A stretch of 64,000 nt of DNA from Leucoraja ocellata (lineage: Eukaryota). Where the stretch lies: the NCBI GenBank assembly GCA_036785375.1, contig JAWMAR010000788.1:1-64000 (forward strand). The letters are read 5' to 3'. The notes beneath the pieces were generated by a model. It was not told where the DNA came from. It did not search any database and was given only the letters and a program-made list of their open reading frames with translations. The position numbers were made by a program, and so were the translations under genes. Shown one piece after another: positions 60,192 through 64,000 of this stretch (within the stretch, counting starts at the first letter, position 1; each line of letters opens with the position of its first letter).

Positions 60192-61214
60192 ATAAGAATA
60201 TATGATGCGATTATTTAATTGAACACAGCTTTGTTTGCAAATGATAACAAGTTATTTTTATTACAAATATTTGAAATATATGGAATATTTTACTGGCATT
60301 CTCACACCTCCGAGCAGTTTAACCCTGAAAGTAGTCATCTGCATAACCCGATACCATCAGCAAACCTTGCCTACAATTGACAGTGTGGGAAAATTCCACC
60401 CAATTCTGGAGCAATTGCCACTCGCATCAAACAATTGTGTTTCTAGATTGTTCAAAGGAAAAGAAATGGGTGTTTCTTTTCGGGCAAAAAGTCATGCAAA
60501 GCCAACCTCCATTGAAGCAGGCAGTGACAGGACGAGGGAGTGTTTATAAATACATGTGGAATAAAAGAACTTGTAATCTCTATATTGAATATCCTCCCTC
60601 ACCTGTGTCTACAATGAGTTTTGTTGCTACAGGTATTTTTGTAAAGATAATGATAGCCTATTAAATAAATGGATCAAACAAAAAATAAGAAATGATGTTG
60701 TCATTCTGGCATTAAAATTCTACTTTGATCATGCACACATGTAGATCTTCAAGCAATATGTGGCTGGCATATTTCCAACATGCCTACAGGGCACTATGTC
60801 TATTATGCCTGGAGGGCAAGAAACCTGCTGAGTGCTTTAACCTTCACTAGCAGTAACGAAGGGTTGTCAACTTTTGTTATGTATTCCAGAGATTTCAGCA
60901 CCTGCCGACACCCGCACTCCAATATTGGTTACTTAACCCAGCCGTTCCCAATTTATCATTCAGCCAGGCTTTGTCCCACCCGTACCTCTTTCCCAAATTT
61001 GTTCGCCCACCCCCACTACAATCTGTGTGAAGGAGGATCCCCACCCGAAACTTTGCCTATCCATGTCATAGAACATGAAAAATTGAACAGTACAGTACAG
61101 GAACAGTCCCTTTGTCCCAGCGTCTGTGCTGAACCGCATGCCAAGGAAAAATGATCTCTTCTTGCTGTACATGATCCACATCTCTCTATTTGTTGCAGTT
61201 CCATGTGCTTATCA

Positions 61215-61546
61215 GTCACGGTGGCGCAGCGGTAGAGTTGCTGCCTTACAGCGAATGCTGCGCTGGAGATCCCGGGTTCGATCCCGACTACGGGTGCTGT
61301 CTGTACAGAGTTTGTACGTTCTCCCCGTGACCTGCGTGGGTTTTCTCCGAGATCCTCGGTTTCCTCCCACACTCCAGAGACGTACAGGTATGTAGGTTAA
61401 TTGGCTTGGTAAATGTAAAAATTGGCCCTGGTGGGTGTAGGATGGTGTTGATGTGCGGGGATCGCTGGTCGGCACGGACCCGATGGGCCGAAGGGCCTGT
61501 TTCCTTGCTGTATCTCTAAAAACTAAACTAATAAATTAAACTAAAA
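61215..61546 (+). mobile_element. Full-length HE1-type V-SINE
   Basis: A box TGGCGCAGCGG (61222-61232), B box GGTTCGATCCC (61275-61285), V core, CR1-type tail gggccgaagggcctgtttcc and (CTAAA)n. Further copies at about 33230, 51606, 55940(-), 62725 and 63783(-). Confidence 0.92.
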
Positions 61547-63114
61547 CCTCTGAAATGCCACTATTGTATCTGCCTCCATCACCACCCCTGACAATGCATT
61601 CCAGATTTTTCACCTGTGTTTCATTAGATAGGGAGATGTAGACTTTAATTCTGAGTGATTTCAAATTATCCCTGGAGGATAAGGTGGAAAAAAATATGTT
61701 TATGTTCTGTTTGATAGGCATTTACTAATTAAACATTCATTGCCCTGCACCATGGGTACACTGTGTGCGCTGTCTACAAAATACACTGCCATTACTCTAC
61801 TAAGGTACTCAGGCAGCACCCAGCAGTCTCCCCAAGTCTAACGAAGTGGCCCGACTCAAAACATTGCATATCCACGTTCTCCAGAGATGCTGCCTGACCC
61901 GCTGAGTTACTTTGCCGCTTTGTGTCTTTTTTTGTTTTAAAACCAACTTTTGCTGTTTGTAAAGGCTGAACGTTAAGGAAAGGACAACTTCAAACACGCA
62001 ACGTATGTCACAGTTCTGTACATTTGCAAAGAAGACACAATTCTACTCGTGAGGGAGTGAGAGGAAGAAAGATACTCTGAAGATTTTTTCGTCGCAACTG
62101 AGGGACGACTGGGAAAGGTTTTGAGAGGGATTCAGATAATGTCACCTGTTGCTGCATCCCGGAGAACAATTGTGAGATGGCATTGGACCAGTAACCCAGC
62201 TTACACGGAGATGTTCCCATCCTGATAAAAAATAAACAACTCTGGTTGTAAGGGGGAAGCAGGCACTGAGAGGGCTGCAGTTTTGACACAAAGGATGTAT
62301 GAAAATCCAGAGTACACTGAGTTGGCAGCGTGACTCTCTTTCCTGAGATCGTTCCTCTCTCCTGCCCAATGGGTGGTCAAATGAGGGGAAGATTCCAAAG
62401 GGATGGGAGGGACTGAATCTGAGATTACCACGAATAAAATGAAATTACATTGGAATAGAATGAAAGCCTGGGAAAATGTCCCTATAAACAGTTAGTTTCT
62501 GCTAACTAGGCACAGCTGGATTCTATTTAATAACTGCAAAATTAACTGTAAAACTGATTGCATTCCTAGCCGCTCTGGGATTCCTTAAACAAGGCTTCAA
62601 GTTTCCATTTACTATTTCTTCTCTCTTTTTCTAGAGAGCAGACAGACACCCTGTCTCCTTAGGCGGAGGTCGGCTTGAGTAGGCAAATTATAAAATATAC
62701 CGAGAGATGAGACCGAGTTTTTAGCTGACCACGGGTGCTGTCTGTATGGAGTTTGCATGTTCTCCCCATGACCTGCGTGGGCTTTCTCCAGTTTCCACAC
62801 TCCAAAGATGTACAGGTTTGCAGGCTAATTGATTTGGGAAAATTGTTAATTGTCCCTAGTGTACATAGGATAGCATTAGTGTGCGGGGATCGCTGGTCGG
62901 TTCGGACTCAGGGCAGAGGGGCCTATTTCCGCGCTGTATCTCAAAACTAAACTAGATCGTTGCAGGTCTGTGCAAAACTGATTGTGATGGCCCGGGGGGG
63001 TGTACTGATCAGCATCTATATGTAGGATTTCATATTTAGATTTTAGAGTCATAGCCATAAAGCGCGGGAACTGGCCCTTCAGCCCAACTTGCCCACACTG
63101 TCCACCCCTCCTAG

Positions 63115-63300
63115 GGACATTGAGTATAAGAGTCAGGAACTCATGATGTAGCTTAATAAGACTTTAATTCCGCCACATTTGGAGTATACCGTGCAGTTCT
63201 GGTCACCCCATTACAGGAAAGATGTGGAGGCTTTGGACAGGGTGCAGGTGAGGTTTACCCGAATGCTGCCTGGATTACAGGGAAGGTTGGCCAAACTTGT
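63115..63300 (+). mobile_element. CR1 ORF2 internal fragment
   Basis: KTLIPPHLEYTVQFWSPHYRKDVEALDRVQVRFTRMLPGL. Confidence 0.8.
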
Positions 63301-64000
63301 TTATGTCTTATTATCATTAATGTCTTATTATTATTAATGCTTAGTGTTTTCTGAGTCATTCGTAACTGTCACTGTATGTCATGTTGTTACTTGTGGGTGG
63401 AGCACCAAGGCAAATTCCTTGTATGTGAATACATGGCCAATAAACTTAGTTATTTACTTACTTCCTCTGGAACATCAGAGGTTACAGTAGCCAAGGGGAA
63501 AGACTAGGCAAGCTGGTGTTGCTCTTCTAATAGGAGTGGTTGCAAGAAAATCTGTCTTTTAAAATCATGAACGATACAAGCAGAGAAGATAGAGAGAAAA
63601 TGGGTCCATTGGTGGAGACTGAGAATCAAGGGACATACTGTAGGAATAAGGTGACAAGCAAAATAAACAAAATGTACCAAGGTCGACTTTTCTTTGCCCA
63701 GCAAGGTGTTAGGGTCTGAGCTACCCTTGCAGGGGAAGAGTGGAGGGACATTTTATTGTAGTGATCGATGGGGGTCTGGATAGGTTTAGAGATACAGTGT
63801 GGAAACAGGCCCTTCAGCCCATCAAGTCCGCACCAACCAACGGTTGCCCGTCCACCAGTTCTATGTAATCCCAGTTTCACATCCTGCACAACATGGGCAA
63901 TTTACAGAGAGCAATTAACCTACAAACTCGCACGGGTTTGGGATGTGGGAGGAAACCGGAGCACCCGGAGGAAACCCACGCAGTCACAGGGAGAAGGTGC

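Noticed and set aside
60384-60397. Overlapping CSL (TGTGGGAA) and NF-kB-like site 12 kb upstream
   Set aside because: A single short motif within chance expectation, with no independent support.
61215-61300. tRNA gene
   Set aside because: The A/B boxes belong to the SINE head and continue into the V core and LINE tail; the same applies to the other copies.
50470-64000. A neighbouring gene upstream of Notch
   Set aside because: I recognised no exon with coding and splice support; the ORFs map to repeats or look random. Small exons could have been missed by eye.

Overview
Eukaryotic genomic DNA, almost certainly from a cartilaginous fish (skate/ray-like), judged from abundant HE1-type V-SINEs and HER1/CR1 LINE tails. 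The only host gene I can support is the 5' end of a Notch receptor on the minus strand, which the ORF track misses. Coding exon 1 (48253-48313) gives the signal peptide MGDLKLWNLLWGVCLTALCE and exon 2 (33700-33781) gives the first EGF repeat ALQCQDNHRPCENSGQCIRSLHGDASCL, joined by a 14,471-bp phase-1 intron. Intron 2 runs off the left edge (>33.6 kb); I found no exon 3. The paralog is probably NOTCH3 but this is not proven. The rest is a dense mosaic of repeats: HE1 SINEs, CR1, Rex1/Babar and RTE fragments, Penelope-like pseudo-LTRs carrying minimal hammerhead ribozyme motifs and often arranged as palindromes, several PIF/Harbinger-type MITE families, one hAT and one Tigger-like MITE, ancient Deu-type SINE relics, a 1.3-kb GC-rich minisatellite, two decayed minisatellites and two short N-runs. 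The most notable signals are Harbinger MITEs repeatedly hitting the same TTA in the SINE head or another MITE's TIR, a covarying internal palindrome shared across MITE families, covarying Penelope hammerheads inside Notch introns, and many template-switch scars. No prokaryote-type system (CRISPR, operon) is present. Family assignments are from memory of consensus features, not from database searches, and most repeat boundaries are approximate.
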